Part shown: positions 18,278-27,396 of the stretch, piece by piece
Position numbering within the stretch: the first letter of the stretch is position 1
How the letters are laid out: each line of letters opens with the position of its first letter
Source of the DNA: Patescibacteria group bacterium
Lineage (GTDB): Bacteria > Patescibacteriota > Patescibacteriia > WFTA01 > S139-112
Length of the DNA stretch: 64,000 bases
NCBI GenBank assembly: GCA_015485695.1
Contig: WFTB01000006.1
Coordinates: 14,334-78,333 of the forward strand
Direction: 5' to 3'
Position numbers and translations under genes: made by a program
The notes under the pieces: model-generated
Seen by the model: only the letters and a program-made list of their open reading frames with translations
The model's database searches: none
What the model was told of the DNA's origin: nothing

Positions 18278-18517
18278 AATATCTATTGAAAAATTAAATG
18301 TATATAAATTTTGTTACGGCGTAGGTCTTTTTCTGAATTGAATATAATGTTAGGGATATACGAAGTTTTGTGAACGTAGTAAATAAAATTTGTGTGAAGC
18401 CCGAGCCGAGGGCTGAACCGTATATCCCTTGTTATGGTGCTCCGAGTGGGGCGTAGCGGAACTAGAGCGCAGCGTGGCCGTACGACGATAGGAGCGAAGG
18501 AGTGCCCTTCGTCCTTA

Positions 18518-19336
18518 TCATAGCAGGCCTTTACCAGAATTGATAACAATGATTTTATCTTCCTTTTTAATTTTCAAATCAGGCAACACCCCAAATACAA
18601 TAGCGCTGGAAGGCTCACACTTAACGTGCTTCTTGGCAAGTGAGTAGGTTTGTTTTATTGTTTCTTCTGACAATCTAACTACTTTGTGTTTGCGCCAAAA
18701 TATAGATTTCATTTTTGAGGTATAAGGTGTCCAATGAGTGTGAAGTTTGTCTGCAAATGATGGACAGCTCTTTGGCGCAACACCAATGAGAGTGGTATCT
18801 AGCTTGTACTTTTTGATTCCATTAAACAAGCCTACGAACGCCTCGCCACTACCCACTGGCGTGATTAAAAAATTTGGTCTGCTGTCCTTGATTTCTTTGA
18901 TGATGTTTTCATACACTTCATGCCAGCCATTCGTTACGTCCCAAATGACTTCCTCATCAGTTTCTCTCGCCAAAGAAATAATTTCTTCGGGTTTGAGTAT
19001 ATGAGATAACAAATCAACCCGAATGACTTTGTAGCAAACGGCGACAAGTTTTTTGTAAATTGTGGCAGGAAGTTTCTTATCAACAATACAGACGACTTTT
19101 AGATTGGAGCCGTTGGCAAATTTGGCGAGAGAAACACCAGCATTTCCAGAGGTGATGAGTGCCAATTTATCAATATGCTCATCCAACGCTTTCTTAACTA
19201 TTGCTTCCGAGCGTCTATCTTTGTATGTGCCAAACGGATTTTTAGATTCGTCTTTAATAAAAAGATTAGTCAGGCCAAATTTTTTACAAAAATATTCTTC
19301 TTTAATTAAAGGGGTGTTGCCTGATTTATATTTCAT
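18518..19336 (-). CDS. PLP-dependent enzyme, fold-type II (tryptophan-synthase-beta/threonine-synthase-like)
   Basis: FIKDESKNPFGTYKDRRSE contains the PLP-lysine motif (xxNPTGSFKDR-like). Glycine-rich loop TSGNAGVSLA. Confidence 0.7.
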   Translation of the reverse strand: MKYKSGNTPLIKEEYFCKKFGLTNLFIKDESKNPFGTYKDRRSEAIVKKALDEHIDKLALITSGNAGVSLAKFANGSNLKVVCIVDKKLPATIYKKLVAVCYKVIRVDLLSHILKPEEIISLARETDEEVIWDVTNGWHEVYENIIKEIKDSRPNFLITPVGSGEAFVGLFNGIKKYKLDTTLIGVAPKSCPSFADKLHTHWTPYTSKMKSIFWRKHKVVRLSEETIKQTYSLAKKHVKCEPSSAIVFGVLPDLKIKKEDKIIVINSGKGLL

Positions 19337-19489
19337 AATGATAAAATCATTGTGTCATTGTATATAAACGTTACGACAATACCAGAAATAAGGACGAATG
19401 GGCGTTATATGTGGAATAAAATGTTAAAAGTAGCTGGAATTTGTATGATATGTGGAATATATGAAATTAACTGGTTTTCATATTGTTCT

Positions 19490-19521
19490 TTGCTTTAAAT
19501 GTGCGTGTTTTGTGTTATAGT
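19490..19521 (+). promoter_or_regulatory. Extended -10 promoter TTTTGTGTTATAGT upstream of the HIT/uppS/vanZ-like gene string
   Basis: TGtTATAGT at 19513-19521. The same motif recurs upstream of the SOD gene. Confidence 0.4.
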
Positions 19522-19599
19522 CCTATTTTTTTGTGTATGACAACACTTTACCGAGGTTATGTTGTATAGTATACTGTAGACATGTAAAATGTAAAAGAT

Positions 19600-20007
19600 A
19601 TGGATTGTTTGTTTTGTAAAATAGTGGACGGTCAGATACCGAATTACACAATTTGCGAATCGAATAACTCGATTGCTTTTTTGGATATACAACCTTTGTC
19701 AAACGGACACACCGTTGTGATTCCCAAAACGCACGGGCAGACCATACTTGATTTGGAGTCATCGAAAGTTTGCGATTTGTTTGAATTGGTAAAAGAGACG
19801 ACGAAAAAAATCGAAGACACCCTTTCTCCGGACGGCTTTACCATAGGTATAAACATGCGCGAATCCGCGGGTCAAGCGATTCAACATTTGCATGTCCACA
19901 TAATCCCCAGGTGGGAAGGAGACGGTGGCGGTAACTTACATTCGATTATGAGCGATTCATCGAGTGACTCCGTTGAAGATGTTTACAAAATTTTCACCAC
20001 TGATTGA
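19600..20007 (+). CDS. HIT-family (histidine triad) nucleotide hydrolase
   Basis: HLHVHIIPR histidine triad motif. 135 aa. Confidence 0.88.
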   Translation: MDCLFCKIVDGQIPNYTICESNNSIAFLDIQPLSNGHTVVIPKTHGQTILDLESSKVCDLFELVKETTKKIEDTLSPDGFTIGINMRESAGQAIQHLHVHIIPRWEGDGGGNLHSIMSDSSSDSVEDVYKIFTTD

Positions 20008-20078
20008 TATTGCCAATATTTTTATTCTTTTATTCAAATCAAAACATTGCGGTCCTATAACCGTTTGCGTTGTTGTTT

Positions 20079-20768
20079 ATGAGTGAAAAACAAATTGAAC
20101 ATGTCGGCATCATAATGGACGGGAACAGGAGGTGGGCGAGAAAACGCGGCCTTGAGATAACAAAGGGACATGAGCATTCAATCGATACAATAGAGGGTTT
20201 GCCGGAGTGGCTGAAGGAGTTTGGAATCAAATATTGCACGTTATATACATTTTCTACCGAGAATTGGAATAGGAGTCAAAAAGAAATAAATTATCTCATG
20301 AATCTTCTCGTGAGGGTGTTCAGAGACAATATAAACAAAGCCATAAATCAAGGCGCGAGAATATTGATTTCAGGTCGGTCTGACAAATTATCCAAAGAAG
20401 TTTTGGATTTGATGCGGGAAGTTCAGGAGCGCTCCTCGAGAAACGATGAAGTGATAATAAATTTTGCTTTAAATTACGGTGGCAGGGCGGAGATTGTTGA
20501 CGCGATTAAAAAGATGATAGCCGATAAAACGAATATTGACGATATTGATGAGATGGTCGTTTCGAACAATATGTATCATCCGGATATTCCCGACCCCGAC
20601 CTTATAATACGAACGGGTGGTGACGCGCGTTTATCCAATTTTTTGACGTGGCAATCGGTTTATTCCGAATTGTATTTTACCGATGTTTTATGGCCGGATT
20701 TTTCAAGAGAAGATTTTAAAAAAGCGATTGAATCGTTCAAAGAACGCGGACGCAGATTTGGTAAATGA
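20079..20768 (+). CDS. uppS: Isoprenyl transferase (undecaprenyl pyrophosphate synthase)
   Basis: HVGIIMDGNRRWARKRG and FSTENWNR are canonical cis-prenyltransferase motifs. The ATG at 20079 is preferred over the upstream TTG at 20070. Confidence 0.9.
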   Translation: MSEKQIEHVGIIMDGNRRWARKRGLEITKGHEHSIDTIEGLPEWLKEFGIKYCTLYTFSTENWNRSQKEINYLMNLLVRVFRDNINKAINQGARILISGRSDKLSKEVLDLMREVQERSSRNDEVIINFALNYGGRAEIVDAIKKMIADKTNIDDIDEMVVSNNMYHPDIPDPDLIIRTGGDARLSNFLTWQSVYSELYFTDVLWPDFSREDFKKAIESFKERGRRFGK

Positions 20769-21166
20769 TAAACAAACACAAGATGAAAAACAAACTGGAT
20801 GATAATCCGATAATTTATGCTGTTTTGGCGGTTCTTTGGGCGGGAGTCATATATATCGGTTCGTCGATTCCGGGCTCAAATCTTCCGTCGGCGCCCGATG
20901 TAACGTCTTCCGTTGTTCATGTTACGGAGTACGCGGTTTTGAGCATATTGATTATGCAAGCATTTTGGAAGTATTACGGAAAGTTTGTAATTTTGGATAC
21001 AGCAATATTGGTAGTTCTGTACGCAATCAGCGATGAAATGCATCAATATTTTGTTCCGGGACGATTCTCGGACCCCGTTGACTTGGCTTTTGATATTCTG
21101 GGTTTGATTCTTGGCGTGTTGATATTTGTGGTATTACACATAAAATATACAAAAAGTGGTGGGTAG
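20765..21166 (+). CDS. VanZ-like family membrane protein
   Basis: AISDEMHQYFVPGRFSDPVD matches the VanZ signature. Four hydrophobic helices. Start overlaps the uppS stop. Confidence 0.75.
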   Translation: MINKHKMKNKLDDNPIIYAVLAVLWAGVIYIGSSIPGSNLPSAPDVTSSVVHVTEYAVLSILIMQAFWKYYGKFVILDTAILVVLYAISDEMHQYFVPGRFSDPVDLAFDILGLILGVLIFVVLHIKYTKSGG

Positions 21167-21231
21167 GAGGACTTGTTTTGCGATGAGGTTTTGGTATAAT
21201 CAACCCAGTTACACTTGAATAATCAAAACAC

Positions 21232-21555
21232 ATGACTCCAGAAAAATGGCGGGAAATAATTGATACCGTAAATAATAAATTTCCGGACGCGACGCGTTCT
21301 ACGGAAGAGTTGGATGGGGTTTCCGGCGGTTCAAAAGAGGTTATTGAGTTTTCCGGTCCAATCGGCAATATAAGGCTTGAGTTTGTGTCGAAACCCAGGT
21401 TTTTGGGCGAGGACGCGGTTTACAGCAATCGAATAGGTTCTGATGTTAAAATTGTCGCCAAATACGACGAAAATGATTTGGTACATTATATGAAAGCATA
21501 CAAAGAGTCGGATGACGGTTCATGGGAAGAAATAAACGCGGACTCTTTTGTGTAG
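21232..21555 (+). CDS. Hypothetical soluble protein
   Basis: 107-aa ORF with consistent coding bias. No motif recognised. Confidence 0.45.
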   Translation: MTPEKWREIIDTVNNKFPDATRSTEELDGVSGGSKEVIEFSGPIGNIRLEFVSKPRFLGEDAVYSNRIGSDVKIVAKYDENDLVHYMKAYKESDDGSWEEINADSFV

Positions 21556-21631
21556 TCAGGTCTCGTTTTCGGAATATCGGTTTCCTTGGGCGTGTTTTCG
21601 GATTTTGACTTTATGATTGTAAATTTGTTTT

Positions 21632-22255
21632 ATGACGAGTTTTGAAGAATTTATGAATAAACACAAAGGCAGCGATGCGCGTCATCGTTCATTTCGTTTG
21701 ACGCATGATGAAACTCCGGGGATGGATGACCCTCATCACATGATTCTAATCGCCGGAAGTTTGTTGGCTATTATGATTAGCGCGCAGATGCTGTATTCGT
21801 TCACATATGATATCGGTCGGAAAAGTGGCAATGCGCCGGTTGCGGTGGTGTTGGGAGAATCTACAAGTATAAGCGCTGAAGAAAATGCGTCAATATTTGA
21901 GAATAAAGAAATCGGCTCCGACGAGTACATGGACAATGTCAGATTGTTATTGAGAGATTATTTCACAAATCGCGCAACGTATTTGAAGGAATTGTCTTCG
22001 TTGGAAAGTGTGAATCTGGAAGTAATGGAAAAATGGAAAAACGAAACCGATTATACAATCGAATCATTGCTCGAAATGAAAGTTCCCGGAGTTTTCAAAG
22101 ATTTGCATTTGCGTCTGGTGACGACGCTTTATTCGGAAAAAGAAATGATATTCGATTTTGGAAATTACGGTTATGGTTCGGATTCTGACGAGGTAAGCCG
22201 TTTGACTTCAATGTTTGAAGGGATTTTTAAAGATTATCCTTGGTTGAACGATTAA
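21632..22255 (+). CDS. Hypothetical single-pass membrane protein
   Basis: 207-aa ORF with one TM (ILIAGSLLAIMISAQMLY). Confidence 0.45.
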   Translation: MTSFEEFMNKHKGSDARHRSFRLTHDETPGMDDPHHMILIAGSLLAIMISAQMLYSFTYDIGRKSGNAPVAVVLGESTSISAEENASIFENKEIGSDEYMDNVRLLLRDYFTNRATYLKELSSLESVNLEVMEKWKNETDYTIESLLEMKVPGVFKDLHLRLVTTLYSEKEMIFDFGNYGYGSDSDEVSRLTSMFEGIFKDYPWLND

Positions 22256-23208
22256 AGTTACGATTTAAGTTTCGCGATATGGGCGATATCGCTTATTGCG
22301 GGGTGAAAAAAAATTGGATTATATTTTTTGCGGGCTTACTCACTTACGGCGCTCACGCTTTGATAGTGGTGTTTCCGAATTATTGGCTCGTCTGGTCCGG
22401 AGGTTTGATTGTTGTTTTGGCGTTTTTGGTTTCAATGCGCGTTAAAGGGCATTATAAGTCGTCGGGGCCCGTACTTGGGATTCTTTCGATTGTTGTGCCC
22501 GCAATCGGCGTAATGTTCTTGATTCCAAATGTGTTTCTTCAGCACCTGTACGGTGTTGGCGTGGCTTTGATTGTAATCTATTATTTTATATTTATCGGAT
22601 TCGGCAAGAAGGGATATGGTCACACTCTTGCGTCCGGCACCGTATTCGTCTTGGCGAATATATTTTTTTCAAGCTCATTGTCTCTGGGTCTGTTTGTGTT
22701 TTTTGACGTTTCATTCGCGTTTGCGTTCGCTTTGTTTGTTGCGTTATTGATTATGTACCCAAGGCGGTTTGAAGTTTATTCGAAAGTCGAGTGTTGCGGA
22801 CTGGAAGCGGTCGGTTTATCTACCAGTCGCGATATGCGCAAGACCGGCGAATACGACAATCGATTATTAGCGACAAGTTCATGGATGAGAGGTTCGTTTC
22901 TATTGGGGAGTGTTCAGCACATGGGAGAAGATGGAAAATTGAGGGTAAGGATAGTTGAATACACAAAACGCGAAAAACTCGCGTCCTGGATTCTATTGGG
23001 TCTTTTTGTGGAATTATTTGTTATGTTGAGCATGTTTCCCGTTAATGTGTTCACTGTGGCGAGCGCGCTTTCCATTATAGCGTTTTGCGCCATATCCCTC
23101 GCACAACTTGGGCAGTTAAATCTTTTTAGGACAAGTTTTGTCGTGCGTTATTCCGGAATATGTGCTATATTTGTATTGTTGATATTTTTTTCGGCCAAGT
23201 GGAGTTAA
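22240..23208 (+). CDS. Hypothetical polytopic membrane protein
   Basis: 322-aa ORF, about 8 hydrophobic helices. Start uncertain; an internal Met at 22279 is an alternative. Confidence 0.5.
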   Translation: MVERLKLRFKFRDMGDIAYCGVKKNWIIFFAGLLTYGAHALIVVFPNYWLVWSGGLIVVLAFLVSMRVKGHYKSSGPVLGILSIVVPAIGVMFLIPNVFLQHLYGVGVALIVIYYFIFIGFGKKGYGHTLASGTVFVLANIFFSSSLSLGLFVFFDVSFAFAFALFVALLIMYPRRFEVYSKVECCGLEAVGLSTSRDMRKTGEYDNRLLATSSWMRGSFLLGSVQHMGEDGKLRVRIVEYTKREKLASWILLGLFVELFVMLSMFPVNVFTVASALSIIAFCAISLAQLGQLNLFRTSFVVRYSGICAIFVLLIFFSAKWS

Positions 23209-23394
23209 TGCCCGCGCTGAACCCCCGTATTCAGTTGTGATTTCATGATTTTATCTGAAAAATTGTTCGTATATTAAATGAATAAAATAATTATTTACCC
23301 TTGCTTTTCACGATTTTCACTTTCAGAAACCGTATAAAAAGCCTCTAAATTGCGAGATTTGATTATTCGAGAGAGATTAGATTATTTTTTAGTT

Positions 23395-24675
23395 ATGCCA
23401 AAAAAAACAAAACCATCAAAGACAAATTCAAATGAAAAACAAAACGATCAAGATGAAATCATAGAAGATTTGTTCGCAAAGCCGGATACGCGATTATACC
23501 GACGCGCTTCAATTGCGAGAGCGGTCGTAACGTCCGTGGCGATATCCGCGATTGTCGGCGCCGTTGCCGGAGTTATAGGAGTTTTATTGATGCTTAGCGG
23601 GACGTTGGAGAGAACTCCGTTTTTTAACAGTTTTTCCTTGGAGTCAGTTTTGCCCGAGAGGCAAGTAATAATAAGACCTCAACAAGCTGTCACGGTGACA
23701 GATGACAGGCAGTTAAAAGACGTTGCTATGAGGATCAGAGGTTCGGTTGTGGTATTGGTTGACTCTACAAACGTCCGGGATGAAAAGAGCGCGGATTCGG
23801 ATTTACCGGATACGAACAGCGTTTATACGGATGAGGACGTGTTGGGATTCGGAGCGGTACTTTCGAGTGACGGTTGGATTATCACTCTCGATGAAGTTTT
23901 GGGTGACCGTGATTTGGAAGATGTTTTGGTCATGAACAATGCGGGAAGAACTTATGAATTATCCGGTCGGATAGTCGATAAAACAACCGGAGTCGTATTT
24001 ATCAAGATAGAAACGGACGGGCTTCGAGCTCTTTCTTTTGCAGATGACGGATACCCTTACTCCGGAGAGAGATTTGTCTCTCTGACGATGAAGTTGCCCC
24101 AAATGCAGAGTATGGTGGATCGTGTTGAGGTTGTGTCGTCCGGCGATGCCGAAATAATGCAATCTTCGGAATCTCTTGATAAAGAAATCATCATATCCGA
24201 CGTCGATCAACGAATAATCGCTCCGGTTTTTAATTATGCCGGAGAGGTTGTCGGTTTTCAGCACGGGATTTACGCAGATGGCGTGTCGCAAAAATCCTAT
24301 TTGAGGCCAGTGTATCATTTTAAGTCGCAAATCGACCAGGTTCTGAGTATTCAAGACATAATAAGGCCGATTTTGGGAGTTACATGGATAAACTTGTACG
24401 GCAATCCCGGATTATCGGATGATATTCGAGACGGTCTTTACAAGGGCGCGTATGTGGTATCCGTCGAGAAGGACAGCTCTGCAGAAGAGGCGGGAATTCG
24501 TTCAGGGGACATATTGCAAAGCGTGAATGATATCGAAATAAACGGCACGTTTAATTTGTCCGAGATTATTCAAAGGTTTGGCCCTTCCGATAGGATTATA
24601 ATTTCGGGATTGAGAAATGGTGAGCGAATTGAGTTTGAAATAGTTTTGGATACTGTGCAGACAACCGACAGGTAA
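23395..24675 (+). CDS. Membrane-anchored HtrA-like protein with C-terminal PDZ domain; catalytic triad apparently not conserved (pseudo-protease?)
   Basis: N-terminal TM (AVVTSVAISAIVGAVAGVIGVLLML). Central region aligns loosely to the trypsin-like S1C fold (GFGAVLSSDGWIITLDEVL), but I cannot find the His or the GDSGGP serine motif. C-terminal PDZ (GAYVVSVEKDSSAEEAGIRSGDILQSVNDIEINGTFNLSEII). ATG at 23395 preferred over TTG at 23350. Confidence 0.55.
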   Translation: MPKKTKPSKTNSNEKQNDQDEIIEDLFAKPDTRLYRRASIARAVVTSVAISAIVGAVAGVIGVLLMLSGTLERTPFFNSFSLESVLPERQVIIRPQQAVTVTDDRQLKDVAMRIRGSVVVLVDSTNVRDEKSADSDLPDTNSVYTDEDVLGFGAVLSSDGWIITLDEVLGDRDLEDVLVMNNAGRTYELSGRIVDKTTGVVFIKIETDGLRALSFADDGYPYSGERFVSLTMKLPQMQSMVDRVEVVSSGDAEIMQSSESLDKEIIISDVDQRIIAPVFNYAGEVVGFQHGIYADGVSQKSYLRPVYHFKSQIDQVLSIQDIIRPILGVTWINLYGNPGLSDDIRDGLYKGAYVVSVEKDSSAEEAGIRSGDILQSVNDIEINGTFNLSEIIQRFGPSDRIIISGLRNGERIEFEIVLDTVQTTDR

Positions 24676-24944
24676 GGTGTGTTCGATATATATACGATTA
24701 GCCCTGTTCGGTTTTTGCGTTTGTTACGGTTTGAAAGTTTGTCGTTTTTTGGATTGGGCTGAAGAAGGCTCGTATAAAACGACAGGTGCTTTGATTGGTA
24801 AAGTTCGAAAACCTTTACTACATTGCGCCGGTATGGTATTTTGAGTTTGAGCGTTTCTTATGAGACGTCGGATAAAATAACCTCGCAGGAATATTCTGTG
24901 AGGTTTTGTTGGATTATTGAGATGTTGTAGTTTAAATTTAGGTT

Positions 24945-26000
24945 ATGCGGTACGGTTTTATAGTAAATAGTGCTCTGATGGTCGCAATAGTGATTTTGTC
25001 CGTGTTTTTGTCTTGGATTGTAGCAAGGGAAGAAACTCCGATTTTTACGTCTTCGGTAACTTTTCAGGTAGTGTTGCAATCCGGAGAGTATGATTCCGCC
25101 GAGGGTGTCATGGCGGGCGCGTCGTATGTGGCAAAAGATTTGTCCAGAGCCGTGTATACGGACGATTTTCTTAGAATGATTTCGAAAGAAAAATTCAACA
25201 TACGAGACGAACGCCTTTTTGATTCGTCGATTAAGAATAGAACATGGAAATCAATAGTCAGTTCAACGAGCGAAGGGTCTTTTGTTCGTGTTGATATTTC
25301 ACATCCTAACAAGCAAGACGCAAGAGCGTTAATATCCGCTGTTGTTCAGGTCATGACAAAATATCATCCAAAATGGTATTCCAGGGGGGTTACGGGAATT
25401 GTGCGCGTCGTCGAAGGCCCCACTGTATTGTCCAAACCTTACAGAAAAAGAGAATTCGCGACTCTGGTAGGAGGTTTGTCTATCGGTATTTTGGTCGGCG
25501 GTTCTTTTCTTGTCAAATTAATGATGGACAGGAGGGCGAGATTTAATTCCGAAAATTACGATGCCGTTAAAGAAAAAACTTTAACGATAATCGCGGAACG
25601 TGTTTATATACAAAAAAACACTCAAAAACCATCGAATGACAATGATTACAACATGAGACGCGATGTTTCTCCAAAAGAAAATAAGAGCATTGAATCGAAT
25701 GATTTGAACGCGCGCGCAAATCGTGAATTTCCGCTTAAAGACAATCGGCCTTTAAGCGAATTTGTCGAAAGCGGGAGAGTATTCAAGCCCGAACCCATGC
25801 CGGTTCTTCAAACGGGAATATTGCCAATGAGCGACCCTAACAAGGAGCCGAGTTCGAACATTAATCAATCTGGTAAAATCAGGACATATCGCGACGAATC
25901 GAATGCGAATCCCGGCGCCGTTGTTCCGGAGATTGTGGGTTCTGAAAAAGAAGAATCAAATAGCGGAAAGTTTTATTACATGGGTCAAATTGTGGATTAG
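24945..26000 (+). CDS. Two-TM protein, possibly a Wzz/YveK-like polysaccharide chain-length-determinant domain, with a long low-complexity C-terminal tail
   Basis: TM1 at N-terminus, ~150-aa extracytoplasmic segment, TM2 (FATLVGGLSIGILVGGSFLV), then a ~160-aa hydrophilic tail. Family assignment is weak. Confidence 0.4.
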   Translation: MRYGFIVNSALMVAIVILSVFLSWIVAREETPIFTSSVTFQVVLQSGEYDSAEGVMAGASYVAKDLSRAVYTDDFLRMISKEKFNIRDERLFDSSIKNRTWKSIVSSTSEGSFVRVDISHPNKQDARALISAVVQVMTKYHPKWYSRGVTGIVRVVEGPTVLSKPYRKREFATLVGGLSIGILVGGSFLVKLMMDRRARFNSENYDAVKEKTLTIIAERVYIQKNTQKPSNDNDYNMRRDVSPKENKSIESNDLNARANREFPLKDNRPLSEFVESGRVFKPEPMPVLQTGILPMSDPNKEPSSNINQSGKIRTYRDESNANPGAVVPEIVGSEKEESNSGKFYYMGQIVD

Positions 26001-26174
26001 ATTTCGATTTTGCGAATCTGTTTGTTTTTTGATTGCGTTTATTGTAAACTGTAGGTGGTTTGGTGCTTTTATGGCGACATAGGTTTACCCCTTATTAAGG
26101 GTCGTTTTTGACTCAAGTTGATTATTAAAATTCAGCAAAATAGAGGTAGTTCCCGTGTCGCCTTATGGGCACCA

Positions 26175-26216
26175 AAATACCCGGCACGATTCAAGTTGCC
26201 GGGTATTTTGTTTTGC
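26175..26216. terminator. Bidirectional rho-independent terminator between convergent genes
   Basis: AAAATACCCGGCA-cgattcaagt-TGCCGGGTATTTTGTTTT: 9-bp GC-rich stem flanked by an A-run and a T-run. Confidence 0.7.
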
Positions 26217-26228
26217 TAGCGATTTGAT

Positions 26229-27377
26229 TCATCTTATATTGATTGTGATTTGATTTGTAAGTCTCGGGACGCGGGTCACCCAAAACGGAGAAAAGTCAAC
26301 GGACACCTTGTCGATTCCGGGTATCGATTCAAGATAGTCTTTGAGCTCTTTTGAATTGAGTCCGACTATGTCGTCTTTGGATATTATTTGAGCCGTTGGG
26401 GTGATTAGAGTTTTTCCGACGATTTTTGCGGAAAGGGTCGCGGTTTGCGTTACCGAGTCTATGGATTGAAGCGATATTTCAAGGGCTCCGGGTTCCAATT
26501 CTATAAGCTCCTCGCCGTCCGGCAATAATGCCATAAGGCGTGATTTTGCTATTTGCATCAAATCGTTTCTGTCGTATGACACGCCCGTGACGAGAGCCGT
26601 TATTTCTATGTCGAAACTATCCACCAAATCTCCGACCGTTTCGCTTATTTTTTTATCCAGTATTTCTACGGTTGTCAGAGACTCCGGTAGAGACACTTTG
26701 TCCGGGATACCGGTTTGTTGAAGCATATCGCTGATACGTGAAACCTCGGCCTCGTATCGTATGTTGTCCGTTACCGTTTTTATTCCTCTTTCTACGTCCT
26801 TTTCCGTCAATTTTCCGCGCTTTATCACACCACCACTCAAGATTCCGGTTAATTCACCGTATATTTTCTTTTGAAGCGCCGGGTTCAATCCTGGTATGGA
26901 TAATATTTCCGGACCGGTTCTATCACCGGATGCTCCAGGTTTGTCCGCGGTGATTTGAGCTATTACCGAGCTGTTTGCCGGTATTGTGACTTGTCGGTCA
27001 AGTCTGTACAGGGTTTTGTCGTTGGTCAAAAATCTCGTGGTTGCCACAAGCACCTGAGGCTTTGAATTATTGTTTATTATTGTTATTTGCCCGGAGGCTT
27101 GACCTTCTATTTCTTCGTATTCTTCGCTTACCGAAAATGTTTTACTCAACGTTACGGTTTCGGACCAGATATCGCCGTTTAATATTTGGAACGTTGAATC
27201 TCCGTTAGTATTGCCGACCACGATGTCTACCGAATTCATTATCGGCTTCGGAGACGGCGTGATAGTTATTGTCGCGGTTCCTATCAGCGCGTATCCGGCT
27301 ATCAGAGCTATAATTATCGCGCATACGACAAACACGGTGGATATTCTTGATAATAATGGTGATGGAGCGTTACTCAT
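26229..27377 (-). CDS. Hypothetical secreted/membrane-anchored protein, downstream of dnaE in the same orientation
   Basis: 382-aa ORF with N-terminal TM (VFVVCAIIIALIAGYALIG). Ser/Thr-rich. No motif recognised. Confidence 0.5.
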   Translation of the reverse strand: MSNAPSPLLSRISTVFVVCAIIIALIAGYALIGTATITITPSPKPIMNSVDIVVGNTNGDSTFQILNGDIWSETVTLSKTFSVSEEYEEIEGQASGQITIINNNSKPQVLVATTRFLTNDKTLYRLDRQVTIPANSSVIAQITADKPGASGDRTGPEILSIPGLNPALQKKIYGELTGILSGGVIKRGKLTEKDVERGIKTVTDNIRYEAEVSRISDMLQQTGIPDKVSLPESLTTVEILDKKISETVGDLVDSFDIEITALVTGVSYDRNDLMQIAKSRLMALLPDGEELIELEPGALEISLQSIDSVTQTATLSAKIVGKTLITPTAQIISKDDIVGLNSKELKDYLESIPGIDKVSVDFSPFWVTRVPRLTNQITINIR

Positions 27378-27396
27378 ATTTTCAGTATATCATAAA

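Noticed and set aside
18360-18517. Tried to read the GC island as SRP (4.5S) RNA, RNase P RNA, tmRNA or group II intron domain V
   Set aside because: No GNRA-tetraloop/AGCA symmetric-loop arrangement, no RNase P P4 strings, and no tRNA-like 3' end. The GAGC...ACGGUUC resemblance on the minus strand does not fold into a domain V hairpin.
18283-18549. 88-aa minus-strand ORF across the GC-rich island
   Set aside because: Arg/Pro-rich translation typical of reading GC-rich non-coding DNA. No start context. More likely structured RNA or spacer.
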